A stretch of DNA of 64,000 nt. Source: a virus (lineage: Duplodnaviria > Caudoviricetes). The notes below the pieces were generated by a model. It was not told the DNA's origin, searched no databases, and worked only from the letters and a program-made list of their open reading frames with translations. The DNA lies in the IMG/VR virus record IMGVR_UViG_3300036987_000310, positions 1-64,000 of that record. One strand, given 5' to 3'. Positions 26,323 through 36,865 of this stretch are shown here, piece by piece; within the stretch, counting starts at the first letter, position 1, and every line of letters begins with the position of its first letter. Position numbers and translations under genes: made by a program.

Positions 26323-28563
26323 ATGGCATATGATAGAAATTTTGCGCCTCCGCCTGTGGGGGACCCGAATCTTGCTGGCGGCATCAGGTCTCAGTCTCTT
26401 CAATCTAGAGAGGCTCATTCGTTTTTGTGGACTGGGCATGTCATACATGTTGACGTGGAGACAATGGTGTGCTCCTTGTCTGTTGACATGGGCGGGGCGA
26501 AAGAATGGCATGACGTTCCAATCCCAGCTCCTGCTGGCACCGGACCGAGGTCTTGGGCTGGGTGTGTGCCTGAGCCAGGTTCAAAGGTTTTGATTGAATG
26601 GAAAAGATTCGACAATCGAAATTTTCAGCCATACATTGTCGAATTTTTAACATCCGGGACGTTCCCCGCTCGTCATTACGAACCTTTTTCCACATGCGAC
26701 CCCGAAATCGCGAAAGAAGCGCTTGAACTGGACCCGGAGCTTGCGCTGGACCCGAGATATAGGCTCGATGTCATTCGCTTGAAGGCCAGGAAAGCTTATG
26801 GAGGAGATTTCCTAGCTTCTTCTTCCGGAGGATCGGATTTTCTCCTCGATAGGGACACAACCCTGCAAAACCGTGCTGGAAATGAGTTTAAGCTTCGAGA
26901 CGCCGATCAAACATCAGTTTTGCAGACGCTGAACGAGTTTGTAAGCAGTTCTGCTGGCCTATATAGGCGCGGCCTTATTCGCAGAAACGCATTTGCTTTC
27001 CTTCCGGATCTCATGTTGTCTGCAGAAGGAAGGGACTTCGGGAAGATTGGCGACGAATCAGTAGAGGATGCTTTGGCGGCCAACACTGTGACGATCACAA
27101 ACTCTGAGGGGGAGTGGGACGCTGTTCTTGTCGATCAGATCGATATGACAAGCCCAGCGTTTGATGTTCTCACCAAGTTTGGTCTTGTTGACGCAACGGG
27201 GAAAATTGTCGTTCCGGACCAGTCTGACCCGGTGTATCCGTTTGTCGTCATGCAGGATGGGAGGCGGCAAAGCTACATAGTTGAAAAGAATCACGATCTT
27301 CGTTGGGACCAGCACGACGAATGTTATGTGGAAGATAGAGCGGAAATATATCACACGCACGATGGGATTATGTCCGTCACCGAGGAGGGTGACGGAATTC
27401 AGGTCGACAACCCGTTGGATCGCATCTTCATAGAAGATGTTAAAGGGACTGTGGTCGGAAATGACCCGTACTCCGACCCCGGAAGAACCTTATACAAACG
27501 TGTTTTGTCCATGCGAATGTTCAGCGATTTGGACGACATGGAGTCCCCGCAAACAGAGTTGTTTGCTGTGGACACTGCTCAAAGTCCGTCCTTGGCTGAC
27601 ACTATAGCTCTTGCTCGTTTGTTCACGATAAAATGCCCCTCTGACGATGCCAAGAAGTATACGTTTGGAATAACAAAAGAAGGGCGCGTTTTCCTGAATG
27701 TTCCATGTAGCAGAGAGGAAAGACAATCGATCGACATGGTTACGTCTGGCGGGGTTAAAGCATTTCTCGGCCCCAATGCCGACAGGGTCAGCCTGAATCT
27801 AAAGACTCTTGGCGGCATAAAGCTGGACATAGGGTCTTTCAAAGACGACACGTCTGACGAGAATGATTCCGTGTCTGTCGACGTCACCCTTCACGGAAAA
27901 ATCAAAACAAACTATGTTGGCCTTCAAGGCAGAGAAACCACAGTCAACGGAACTGATTACACGTCTGTTGGAGGCTCGCACGTCGTTGCTGCCGGCGGCG
28001 GATCTGTCGTGGCATGCGGTGGCGTGTCCGCGCTTGAAGCTGAAGGAAGGCGTGTGAACGTAGGTACCGGCGGATACGTTTTGCGCAGCCTTGGGTCTTA
28101 TGACGTCACATGCCTCGACAAAGCTTCCGAGTCTTTTGCGAAACTAAGAACTGTAACAAACTATCTTGGGTCAATGAAGCTCATCGTTGCTGGAGTGGAC
28201 AGCACGCTCATGATAAGCGGGGTTCACAGCACAACTGTTGCTTCCGGATCTTATTCTGTGACTGTTGGCGCCGGAAGTTTAGCTTTGACGTCTGGCGTAG
28301 CAGCTTCTGTGGTTACCGGGGGCCTTTTGACTATGGCAGCTGGGTCCACGTTTTCCAATGCTGCTGGCGCGCACACTACAGTTGCCGGGGGAACCAACAT
28401 GATGATTGGGTCTGTTGCCATGATTCAAGCTCCTGTGGTCAAAATAGGCATGACCGTTGTTGGAAACATAGTTGCCGGGATACCTGGTCCTCCAGTTCCT
28501 CATCGCGATTACATCACTGGCTTCCCTTTGCTTAGTGTTCCCACAGCATTCATAGGTCCGTGA
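26323..28563 (+). CDS. Central baseplate spike (gp5/VgrG-like: N-terminal OB fold, C-terminal beta-helix)
   Basis: OB-like GHVIHVDVETMVC…DVPIP…WAGCVPEPGSKVLIEW. The C-terminal Gly/Ser/Thr/Val beta-strand repeats (TTVNGTDYTSVGGSHVVAAGGG…) end in PHRDYITGFP. Confidence 0.8.
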   Translation: MAYDRNFAPPPVGDPNLAGGIRSQSLQSREAHSFLWTGHVIHVDVETMVCSLSVDMGGAKEWHDVPIPAPAGTGPRSWAGCVPEPGSKVLIEWKRFDNRNFQPYIVEFLTSGTFPARHYEPFSTCDPEIAKEALELDPELALDPRYRLDVIRLKARKAYGGDFLASSSGGSDFLLDRDTTLQNRAGNEFKLRDADQTSVLQTLNEFVSSSAGLYRRGLIRRNAFAFLPDLMLSAEGRDFGKIGDESVEDALAANTVTITNSEGEWDAVLVDQIDMTSPAFDVLTKFGLVDATGKIVVPDQSDPVYPFVVMQDGRRQSYIVEKNHDLRWDQHDECYVEDRAEIYHTHDGIMSVTEEGDGIQVDNPLDRIFIEDVKGTVVGNDPYSDPGRTLYKRVLSMRMFSDLDDMESPQTELFAVDTAQSPSLADTIALARLFTIKCPSDDAKKYTFGITKEGRVFLNVPCSREERQSIDMVTSGGVKAFLGPNADRVSLNLKTLGGIKLDIGSFKDDTSDENDSVSVDVTLHGKIKTNYVGLQGRETTVNGTDYTSVGGSHVVAAGGGSVVACGGVSALEAEGRRVNVGTGGYVLRSLGSYDVTCLDKASESFAKLRTVTNYLGSMKLIVAGVDSTLMISGVHSTTVASGSYSVTVGAGSLALTSGVAASVVTGGLLTMAAGSTFSNAAGAHTTVAGGTNMMIGSVAMIQAPVVKIGMTVVGNIVAGIPGPPVPHRDYITGFPLLSVPTAFIGP

Positions 28564-28564
28564 C

Positions 28565-29146
28565 ATGCCTCTTGACCCTCTAACCGTTGGCGGCATAATG
28601 CGAGTCAGTCTGCTCAGCGCAGGCCTTGTTGGCTCTGGAAGCAGTCAGCTGGCTGCCGCGTTGACTGGAGCTCTTTGCACATATGGGACAACGACAATGT
28701 CTGTTGGAACTATAGATGTTGGCACAGCTGGTGCTGGAAAAGGGACGGGAATTGGCGTCATCGTTCCTCAGCCCTTTCTCTCGGCCTCTCTTGCCACTTC
28801 TTTGCCATCGAACGGCGTTGCAGGGCTTTCCATGCCCCAGCTGGCACTCGGCATTTCTACTGGGTACTCGGTGGCTCTTTCCGGGGCTATCGTAAACACG
28901 TTCCACCCGTCAGTCGGAGTCGGAACTGGGAAACTTCAGATAGCTCCAAACACAGTGGCTTCCATAGGGGTGTTCATTCAGGCTTTCTTTGCTGCAGGGT
29001 TGACTGGCAGCATGGCTGTTCCTCTTGCAACCGCGGTGGCCAAAGGTCTTGACGCTGTTCTTCCTGCTGCCACGGGCGTCGTTGCCATAGTCGGCTCTCC
29101 AAGCGTCGTATCATCTTCTGGAGTGGGAAGTGGGAAGCTTAGTTGA
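28565..29146 (+). CDS. Gly/Ala-rich protein with three internal ~63-aa repeats; candidate spike-tip protein
   Basis: Repeats GLVGSGSSQLAAAL / GVAGLSMPQLALGI / GLTGSMAVPLATAV, each followed by a GxGxG strand. Immediately downstream of the spike gene. Confidence 0.7.
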   Translation: MPLDPLTVGGIMRVSLLSAGLVGSGSSQLAAALTGALCTYGTTTMSVGTIDVGTAGAGKGTGIGVIVPQPFLSASLATSLPSNGVAGLSMPQLALGISTGYSVALSGAIVNTFHPSVGVGTGKLQIAPNTVASIGVFIQAFFAAGLTGSMAVPLATAVAKGLDAVLPAATGVVAIVGSPSVVSSSGVGSGKLS

Positions 29147-29186
29147 CGGAATGAGTATTGGTTTCGCTCGGTAGGTACTGTCGAAC

Positions 29187-32100
29187 ATGACTTTGAACAC
29201 AAGTGGAGCATTGCTCGAAGGGATGCGTTTCAGCACCGGAAACAACGTGTATACGTTTCCTCCGGACAACCTGGTTCTTGCTTCAAATCAAAACATTTTT
29301 TCATCCATATCGGAACGTGCTGAATATGTGATCGTTTCCGGAACGCTTAACCCTTCCAAAAAGCAGTTGGAAATTGCCGATCCGGACTTGGTGTTTTATT
29401 GGTCTCGAAACGAGCCCGGGGTGACTAGGTTTGATTACGACAGCTACTCTGGCAGATGGATGCCAATGCCAGGGTCTTGTCCGAGAAGCGCAGGAGGACT
29501 GTCCAACACATCAAGATTGTCTGTTCCTGTTCCAGACCCTGCCAAAGCTTCCGGCGCCCCATTTTCTTTATACCTGGACGACAATCCCCGTGTTGAGTTT
29601 TTGCTTAGCTTCATAGGATCTAATGATTTCACAAATCCGATTTTGCTTCCGGGGCTGACAGTTGAAATAAACGATAGCGGCTTTTTGAATTTTAGCTCAA
29701 TAGACATCGCATCAAACGAAGATAAACCGGTAAGCTATACTGGTCAAAATTTTACGCCAAGAACGCATGGCAGAGGAGACGTCGGGGTCCTTCCAGACTT
29801 TGCCTCTACAGACTACCGGTTGTTCATGAATCCGAGACCGGCTTCCGGCCAAATCCCTCGCATAAGGATTGGATACGGCCCACACCTCGTTTCAGAAGAA
29901 GTTAGCTCCGAGTCTTTGCTCACTCCCCCTCCGGCAGGAACAGTCAGGTGGTCTGCCGACACTGGCCGTCTAAAATTTTCTGTTGAAGATGTGTCCGCAA
30001 ATTCAGGCGAAACTATTTACTATGACGGCGTGTTTCTTGGGTCAGAACAATTTGACAGACACACGACCGCCATAGCCGGATCGTGGCCTAGTGTCTCTTT
30101 CAATATTCTTTCTGCTGTAGGCGCGATGGACATAAAGCGATTTATCGTGTTTGCAGAAAAAGACGGCGAGACCAGAAGGTACTTCTCCACCACGACATAC
30201 TCCTCTTCTAGCGCCCCAACGTCGGGGTGGTGCTATGTGGACCTAGACACCGGGAACTTTTACCTGTCGTCCACGGACGTTTCAAACTTTTCCGGCTGGA
30301 CGTTTTGGTATCTTGACGCTCTTCTCAACATAGGAGCCGTTGGTGTTAGCGTGCAGATGCGAAGATCTGCGGTGAACAGGTCTGGAGAGGCGTCTGTCCC
30401 AGACTTTTCAGTTGTGTACGAAGTTGTTCAAACGCTGTCTGACAATCTCAATCCGTATCCGTTCGCGATGCTTCCGACTGTTCCGACGGTGGATGAAGAC
30501 CTGAGGTTTCAAATAGATGTTGGGACTGGGTCGTTTGTTGGCGATCTCGTGGACTCTTCCGACGCAACGAAAAGAGGGTACGGATACCTGTTGGATCTCA
30601 GCCAAAAGCAGCTGAAGTTTACGGCAAGGGCAACGCCGAGGGCATACAGTCTTCCAAAAGACCAATCTTCCATCAAGCTTGACGGGGCGGCGCTAGTAAA
30701 CCGCGGCGTCGAAGTTAAAAGAGACGGAGTTTTGCTTTCGGCGTCTGAATTTGATCTCGATTCTTCCTCCGGTTTAATCGAATTCGTTGAACCGATCGGG
30801 GAAGGAGAAGTAGGCGCAGTTGAAGTGTCCGGTAATTGTTCCGGGTCAGTGTTTACAACCACTTCCCCTATTTTTTCGAGCAGCGATTCTGGCAAGCGAT
30901 TGCTGGTTTACTCTGGTGAAAACTCTGGAATTTACGACATTCTTTCTGTGGAATCTAGCACAAAGGTATCTGTATCTCCTGCGTTTGTTCACTCTGTGGA
31001 CGCAAGTGCTTCTGTCAGATCTACTGACGAAATCATAGCAGATCGCTTGTGGACCCCAGTTGTTTCAACGCCGAAAAAATTTTCAATCTACAGAAGTCCT
31101 AATGGGCCATCGGGGGCGTTTACGAAGCTTGATGTTGGGAGTTACTCTGTCAAGCAGTATGTTGGTCAAGTCAGTGTTTCCACGGCTGCTCTTCCCGGGG
31201 AGTCTTTCAGGATCGAGTACGTTTCTTTAGACTCGGAAGACGGCGGGGTCACCGTCACTTCGACTCAGCGTGTCGAAACAGCCTTGTTCAAAATAAGTCA
31301 AGAGGACGCGACATTTTCTGTGGGGTCCAAGGTTTTGACGTTCAACGCTAACGGCAAAACCGTGAACACTGAACACCCCATTGTTTTATACGTAGAAGGC
31401 GTCACTCAGGACCCGAATTTTTTCGTCTTCACGGCGCCCGGAACCATAACTGTAAGCGACGCCATACCCTCTGGGCCTGTCACTGTTGACTACTGGGTTG
31501 AAGAGGCAATAGGCGGAGAAACTATAATAAATTTGCAGCATTATCCTGTGGATTATGACAGTTTGAAAGTGTTGGGACCAATTCCCGGTCAAACGATCGT
31601 TGGGGATCAAAGCATGCAAGTAAGCGGTGACCAAACCGCAACGCTGAAAGCACGATGTGCTTTGCTTCTTGAAGATCAAGACATGTTGTACATATCCGAG
31701 TCGTCTTACGACCCCGGGGCCGATGTCACAAAAGTTTTGTTCAGTCAGGGTGTTTTATCAGATAGTGAGAACGTTAAAGTAACCGGAACGATAAACACGT
31801 CCCGTTCCGGTAATTCTTTGTTTTTTGCTGCATTATCAAACCCTCCATACTTGGTTGCTGAAACCAACGCGGTGGAAATATTCGTCAGCGGAACAAACTC
31901 TGTGCGCGTGCACGGGGACGTTTCGGCTTTGTACAAGGCTGGAACAGTCATGGATTTTGACGGGGATCCGTACTGGATTCGAGGTTCCAAGTATGACACT
32001 GCGTCTGACATAACGACGATAGGAACCGCCGGTTCTGCAAGAAGAAACTACATAACGCCCGTAGTAAAACGGTCTGTGCGCCCAGTTTTAAACCCGTCTT

Positions 32101-34499
32101 CTGAATTTTCCACATTGCGTCCGGCACACATATCCAGGGGGTTTACTCTCGCAAAGATGGGTTCGTCTTCATCTGTTCTGCAACAAGGCGTTGACTACGA
32201 CCTTGGCGACGACGGCGTGATAAAATTGAAGTTGGACATTGCGTATGGAGATGTTCTTCGCGCAATGTATGTAGCTCGCGTCATGCAGCCATCCGGAACT
32301 GTTTTCGAGTTCAACTTTGCTCGAGAAATAGCCCCGGACGGTTCAAACGGGCTGGCTGGGCAGAAATTGGTGGCGCATTACAACCTCCTGGCGCCTGATA
32401 CGTTTTTTTACCGAGTTGAAACAGTTGTTTCCATGCTTCCGGAAGCCAAGGAGACTGTTGTTGGTGGGGACGTTGCCACTTCTTCTGGACCCAACATAGT
32501 CAGCACTCCTTCTCAGCAAACAAAGGACTCCGGCCTTCCAAGCCCGTGGTATTATAGCGCCCATTACCGGAACGTGGACGTTGTCGTGCAAAGGTTTTTG
32601 CTATACTATAACGATCTAATAAACATGTACGAAGATTTGTTCGAGTATGTTGATGGAAGACATGTTGGAGGGACGTCTGGAAGATTCAGATACGACGGCG
32701 TTTTAGGGAGAGTTGTTTCAACTTATGACGAAATCAAAAACGACATAGACGACAGCGTTGTGTTGTACAACTCATTCTCCATGAGCAGTGCATTTCCGCC
32801 CACCCAGGTTTCTGTACCGGTCTATGGAAAAATGTCTGACACAAACAACTTGTCCAGAATTTTTCCAACAACTAAGACCGGTGCTGCGTTCATTGGAAAC
32901 GTCAGCACAGCAACCACTGGACAGCAAGTTGGAAGCTATGACATAGAAAACATCGTTTCCACGGGCACAACTGTTACATCCAGAGCTTCTGCATTTTTCA
33001 CTTCATCCCTTCCAATCACTGGAGGGACACAGTTCACCTTGGACTCGTCCTCGTCAGCTACGGAGTTAACAAATGTTTTGACTGGCGGGTCAGTTCATTA
33101 CGGAACGAATGGGGACTCAAGCTCGCTGACGCCTCCATTCACGATTGGTCAAAAAATTCAGGCATTCGATTTGGACGAGATAGTCATCGGGGAAGGTGAA
33201 ATCACGGACGTAGATCCCGTGGACGCATATGTCGTGTTTACGACGATTAAGACCAGTGTTCAAATCGGAAGTCTTGCCCAAACGGCGGCAGACTTTGAAG
33301 GCGACGCGAACATGCAGCATATGTACACGCCGGGGGTCGACTACCTCGTGTCCTCCGATTCTGGGCAGATTGTGTATTTTAAAACGCCAACAGGATCTCT
33401 TTTTCAGAACAACCCACTTCAGGGAAATGAGATCATCCATGCTAACATAACTTTCGGTAATACAGACCTGGCGCCGTTCAGATTTCCTGCCCTTGACGGT
33501 TTGGAACTGGACGATTCCGGACATCAAAGCGTTCCGAGAACGAGAAGCAAATGTGAGCTCAGGTGTTTGATTCAGGAACTTTCGTCAGTTAAAGTTGGAT
33601 CTGCAAAGTATCCGATTTTTAGCGGACCACTGACTGATGTTGAATCCAATGTTCCGCTAAAAATCGGGGATGAAATTCAGTTTGTCAACGGTCCGAACAA
33701 TGGATTTTCTACGACAGTCACGAACATCTCGTCCGGAAATGTGCACACTAGCCCCCCATTACCCTATTTAACCCCCTCCGAAAGCGACTTTGTGGTTGGG
33801 GTCCATGAGTTCGAGTCATTTCTTGGCGACGAGGTAATGATTCTAAACAAGGAATTGGAAAAGCTGGGTTCTGTCATGGGGATGTTTGGGACGACTGTTA
33901 CTGGCGGGTCCGGGATCGCCACGTCAACCTCTACGTGGCAAGACGCTTCTGCCAACTTTTCTGAAACGGAGGGCATGTTGCTCAGGGTTATGGACGGTCC
34001 GAGCATGGGTCTTTACAGAATAGATTCAGCTTCTGGAGACACAATAACGATAAGCCCGTCTCCTTATTCCCAGTTCATATTGGGAATAGGGCAATACCTG
34101 ATTGTGGAACCGTGGCCGTTTTTGAACGAGTCTGAGTTCCAATTCGTGTCATGGTTCCACAGAAGCACTCTCGAGTTTCTTCAGTCCACGACGTCTTGGC
34201 TCGCGTCCCCGACGCTTTCCGGCTTTGTAGGAAGAATGAACGACGTGGAACGGAGAAGAAGAGATTTGAACGATGCGGTAAGCGACTCCGGGTCTCTCAC
34301 AAGTTTGCTTCGAAACGGCGACAATCTTTATGACACGAGGTACCTGTGGATAAATCAAAGAACGAACAGGGAGACCGGACTGGTTCAGCTTCAAGCTCGG
34401 GCATACCTTCAGGGTGTGATCACGATAGCAAAAGTGACGGAGAACCAACGCAAAAGGTTTCTGATGGAGTCGGTTGCGTCGGTTGCGGGTCTGGTGTGA
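29187..34499 (+). CDS. Very large beta-rich baseplate or tail structural protein (1770 aa)
   Basis: Long ORF rich in Ser/Thr/Val/Gly within the baseplate cluster, with repeated …G.I.L…V.V.Y modules. The exact role is unknown. Confidence 0.8.
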   Translation: MTLNTSGALLEGMRFSTGNNVYTFPPDNLVLASNQNIFSSISERAEYVIVSGTLNPSKKQLEIADPDLVFYWSRNEPGVTRFDYDSYSGRWMPMPGSCPRSAGGLSNTSRLSVPVPDPAKASGAPFSLYLDDNPRVEFLLSFIGSNDFTNPILLPGLTVEINDSGFLNFSSIDIASNEDKPVSYTGQNFTPRTHGRGDVGVLPDFASTDYRLFMNPRPASGQIPRIRIGYGPHLVSEEVSSESLLTPPPAGTVRWSADTGRLKFSVEDVSANSGETIYYDGVFLGSEQFDRHTTAIAGSWPSVSFNILSAVGAMDIKRFIVFAEKDGETRRYFSTTTYSSSSAPTSGWCYVDLDTGNFYLSSTDVSNFSGWTFWYLDALLNIGAVGVSVQMRRSAVNRSGEASVPDFSVVYEVVQTLSDNLNPYPFAMLPTVPTVDEDLRFQIDVGTGSFVGDLVDSSDATKRGYGYLLDLSQKQLKFTARATPRAYSLPKDQSSIKLDGAALVNRGVEVKRDGVLLSASEFDLDSSSGLIEFVEPIGEGEVGAVEVSGNCSGSVFTTTSPIFSSSDSGKRLLVYSGENSGIYDILSVESSTKVSVSPAFVHSVDASASVRSTDEIIADRLWTPVVSTPKKFSIYRSPNGPSGAFTKLDVGSYSVKQYVGQVSVSTAALPGESFRIEYVSLDSEDGGVTVTSTQRVETALFKISQEDATFSVGSKVLTFNANGKTVNTEHPIVLYVEGVTQDPNFFVFTAPGTITVSDAIPSGPVTVDYWVEEAIGGETIINLQHYPVDYDSLKVLGPIPGQTIVGDQSMQVSGDQTATLKARCALLLEDQDMLYISESSYDPGADVTKVLFSQGVLSDSENVKVTGTINTSRSGNSLFFAALSNPPYLVAETNAVEIFVSGTNSVRVHGDVSALYKAGTVMDFDGDPYWIRGSKYDTASDITTIGTAGSARRNYITPVVKRSVRPVLNPSSEFSTLRPAHISRGFTLAKMGSSSSVLQQGVDYDLGDDGVIKLKLDIAYGDVLRAMYVARVMQPSGTVFEFNFAREIAPDGSNGLAGQKLVAHYNLLAPDTFFYRVETVVSMLPEAKETVVGGDVATSSGPNIVSTPSQQTKDSGLPSPWYYSAHYRNVDVVVQRFLLYYNDLINMYEDLFEYVDGRHVGGTSGRFRYDGVLGRVVSTYDEIKNDIDDSVVLYNSFSMSSAFPPTQVSVPVYGKMSDTNNLSRIFPTTKTGAAFIGNVSTATTGQQVGSYDIENIVSTGTTVTSRASAFFTSSLPITGGTQFTLDSSSSATELTNVLTGGSVHYGTNGDSSSLTPPFTIGQKIQAFDLDEIVIGEGEITDVDPVDAYVVFTTIKTSVQIGSLAQTAADFEGDANMQHMYTPGVDYLVSSDSGQIVYFKTPTGSLFQNNPLQGNEIIHANITFGNTDLAPFRFPALDGLELDDSGHQSVPRTRSKCELRCLIQELSSVKVGSAKYPIFSGPLTDVESNVPLKIGDEIQFVNGPNNGFSTTVTNISSGNVHTSPPLPYLTPSESDFVVGVHEFESFLGDEVMILNKELEKLGSVMGMFGTTVTGGSGIATSTSTWQDASANFSETEGMLLRVMDGPSMGLYRIDSASGDTITISPSPYSQFILGIGQYLIVEPWPFLNESEFQFVSWFHRSTLEFLQSTTSWLASPTLSGFVGRMNDVERRRRDLNDAVSDSGSLTSLLRNGDNLYDTRYLWINQRTNRETGLVQLQARAYLQGVITIAKVTENQRKRFLMESVASVAGLV

Positions 34500-34645
34500 A
34501 ATGGTCGCATTCGCACAAGCTAGCCACAAACCCGGCTTTCAAGAATCTTCTTTTGGCTTTGCGTGACGGGTTGGAAAAAACGATAGACGCTGAAAAAGCC
34601 AAACTTGAAGAATACGTTCAGGCGAGGAAGCGAATGGGTGGCTGA
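34496..34645 (+). CDS. Small helical hypothetical protein (49 aa, MKWSHSHKLATNPAFKNLLLALRDG…)
   Basis: GTG at 34496 overlaps the TGA of the upstream gene (GTGA coupling). The track's longer start at 34346 would overlap the upstream gene by 150 nt. Confidence 0.55.
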   Translation: MKWSHSHKLATNPAFKNLLLALRDGLEKTIDAEKAKLEEYVQARKRMGG

Positions 34646-34647
34646 TC

Positions 34648-36858
34648 ATGGCCGAGTCTTGGATCAACCTAAAGTTAAAAGTAGACCCGCTTGCCTCGCT
34701 GCGGCCACCGCTGAAGTCTGCGCTCGTTGTTCTTGAAGCTATTGAAAAAATCCTGGAAGCTTTGCTCGCCTTGATAAAAGCTTTCATGCTGGACCTATTA
34801 AACCCGCTTCGAGCGCTCATTGCTCTTCTTCTCGCAGCGATTCGCGCAATTTTGAATCAGATAAGGTCTACAGGATTTGCTGTTTTGCTGGTTAGGCCGG
34901 ATTTTCGTAGATCCGATCTCCGCGGCGTTTTTAACTCTGTGTCTGGAGGGTACAGAGCATTCGAGTCAAAAGTAATAGGAAAATTTTACGATGATTCTGA
35001 CCCATTTCGCCCTCAGTATACTCCCGGCATGTATGCTGCGATGGCAGTTTTTTACATAGGAGTTGAGTCTCCCGGAGACTTGATGGGAGAAATACTGGCG
35101 CTGCTTGACTTGATAAAGCATCCCATGGACGACATAGGAGTCGCCGCTCCCGTTGGACTAACAGTCAGCACTCCATCGCAAAGTGGAGACCCGGCTTCTC
35201 AATTTTGGCGCCTCTTTGAACCGTCTGCTGCAAACAAATCTCTTGTGCTCGAGTGGAAAATGCCTACGTCTGTTTCAGGCATTGGGTCCCCAACTCTTGT
35301 AGGACAAATTGCGTCTTCTCTTCCAAGTTACAATCTTGGGCAGAAATTCATAGTGGAAAGAACTGACGACGACAAGCCGTCTGGCGAGGTTGTGCTCGTA
35401 AAGCTCGACACTAAAACGCAGGGCAGCAGAGTTGAAAACACCATTCGTCGATACAATGTTCCGTCTGTTTCCACAAAGGTAGCTGTCAAAGAAAGAAATG
35501 GCGGAAAGTATAGGTTTTTCAAAGTTCGAAGAAAAGCAGATGACTCCACGTATTTGGGGGGTTTGACTGGAACATATAGATACATAGACACTGGTCTTGT
35601 TCCAGGCAGGGCGTACCGGTACAGGGTTCGAGCGTACATGGGGACCTTGAACGAAACTTATGTCGACAATGATCACATTAAAACAGCAGACGACGCCGCA
35701 AAGTATTTGACAAAACAGGATGCGAATAGCGGAGTGATCATAAACTATGGCAAAAAAGTTGTCATGGGGAAGCCAAGCTCAGTTGTTCGCGGATATGTTC
35801 CTGAAGAGACGTCCGACAACGACATATTCAACATGTACACGGACATCATGAATGCCGTCATGGCAGCTTTGTTGTTGAACTTTGAGCTTCCTCCCGCGTC
35901 CTTGGGCGACAATGCCACTGTTGTTGAACAAAAAACCGGGTGGGGAAGTCTGGCGGTTTTGGCTGGCCCAGTTGGGTGGATGAAGGTTGAGAAAAAGTAC
36001 AAGGCCTCGTCATTTTCAGGACACCCGTTCTTGAAGCCCGCGATGCGGAGGGTTGTAAACCCAGTGCTGGAGAAGCTCAGGAAACAACCACAACTCGTAA
36101 AAAGACTTTCTAAGTCATGGTCGGCTGGCGTTAAAGAAACTGTTGAAAGAATTTTGCTTCAGGTCGGGTATGAATTTGAGACGAGCGGGCTCGGTCCACC
36201 TCCTCAATATGACTGGGGCGTATTTGGTCTCAGAGGAGATGTGACAGACGCCATGAATGCTAATATTAGAACATATTTGGCGTTGGAAGATCCGAGTTAT
36301 GCCACATCGGCTGTTGGTACATATTACGGTCCGCTTCCACGCGAAGCCGGCGCTCAAGGCGCGCATGCTACCGTTCAAGAGCGCACCGACCTTGCCGACT
36401 TTTTGAGGCTAGCCCTTGCCATAAACGATCAGTCAGCAAACTACTTGCAGTGGTATTCGGTGACGGTCGGAGACTTGTTCCCTGCTCTTGTCCCTTATTT
36501 GTACGACTTCGAGCAGTGGATTCTGGCTCTCTTGAAAGCTTTAAACAGTGCCTTGCAAGAAATTGCTGACATAATCGAAACCCTGCTTCAGCGCGTTAGA
36601 GACTTGGAACAGCTTCTCAGAGCGATCATGGCGCTTCTTGAAATGTTGAACATCGATTTGACTGTAAGCGCCATGTCGGTTACTGGAAATAACGGCGTAG
36701 AAGACTTGGTTCAGGGGCTATTGGCATCTGAAGACAAGCCTGGAGACCTGCCGTTCGGTTTGCATGCAGGATACGTCTTCACGGCTGGCGGTCCCGGACC
36801 AGGGTTCACTAAGGCTCTTGAAGCGCTGACATTTCTAGTCTCTGGTGGAAAACTGTGA
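34648..36858 (+). CDS. Structural protein with an FN3-like domain flanked by long amphipathic/hydrophobic helices
   Basis: LVLEWKMP…FIVERT…YRYIDTGLVPGRAYRYRVRAY is FN3-like. Leu/Ile/Ala-rich helices occur at both termini. Confidence 0.75.
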   Translation: MAESWINLKLKVDPLASLRPPLKSALVVLEAIEKILEALLALIKAFMLDLLNPLRALIALLLAAIRAILNQIRSTGFAVLLVRPDFRRSDLRGVFNSVSGGYRAFESKVIGKFYDDSDPFRPQYTPGMYAAMAVFYIGVESPGDLMGEILALLDLIKHPMDDIGVAAPVGLTVSTPSQSGDPASQFWRLFEPSAANKSLVLEWKMPTSVSGIGSPTLVGQIASSLPSYNLGQKFIVERTDDDKPSGEVVLVKLDTKTQGSRVENTIRRYNVPSVSTKVAVKERNGGKYRFFKVRRKADDSTYLGGLTGTYRYIDTGLVPGRAYRYRVRAYMGTLNETYVDNDHIKTADDAAKYLTKQDANSGVIINYGKKVVMGKPSSVVRGYVPEETSDNDIFNMYTDIMNAVMAALLLNFELPPASLGDNATVVEQKTGWGSLAVLAGPVGWMKVEKKYKASSFSGHPFLKPAMRRVVNPVLEKLRKQPQLVKRLSKSWSAGVKETVERILLQVGYEFETSGLGPPPQYDWGVFGLRGDVTDAMNANIRTYLALEDPSYATSAVGTYYGPLPREAGAQGAHATVQERTDLADFLRLALAINDQSANYLQWYSVTVGDLFPALVPYLYDFEQWILALLKALNSALQEIADIIETLLQRVRDLEQLLRAIMALLEMLNIDLTVSAMSVTGNNGVEDLVQGLLASEDKPGDLPFGLHAGYVFTAGGPGPGFTKALEALTFLVSGGKL

Positions 36859-36865
36859 GGACTCG

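Noticed and set aside
34346-34495. Longer start for the small ORF ending at 34645
   Set aside because: It would overlap the 1770-aa gene by 150 nt with low-complexity sequence, and the GTGA-coupled start at 34496 is simpler.
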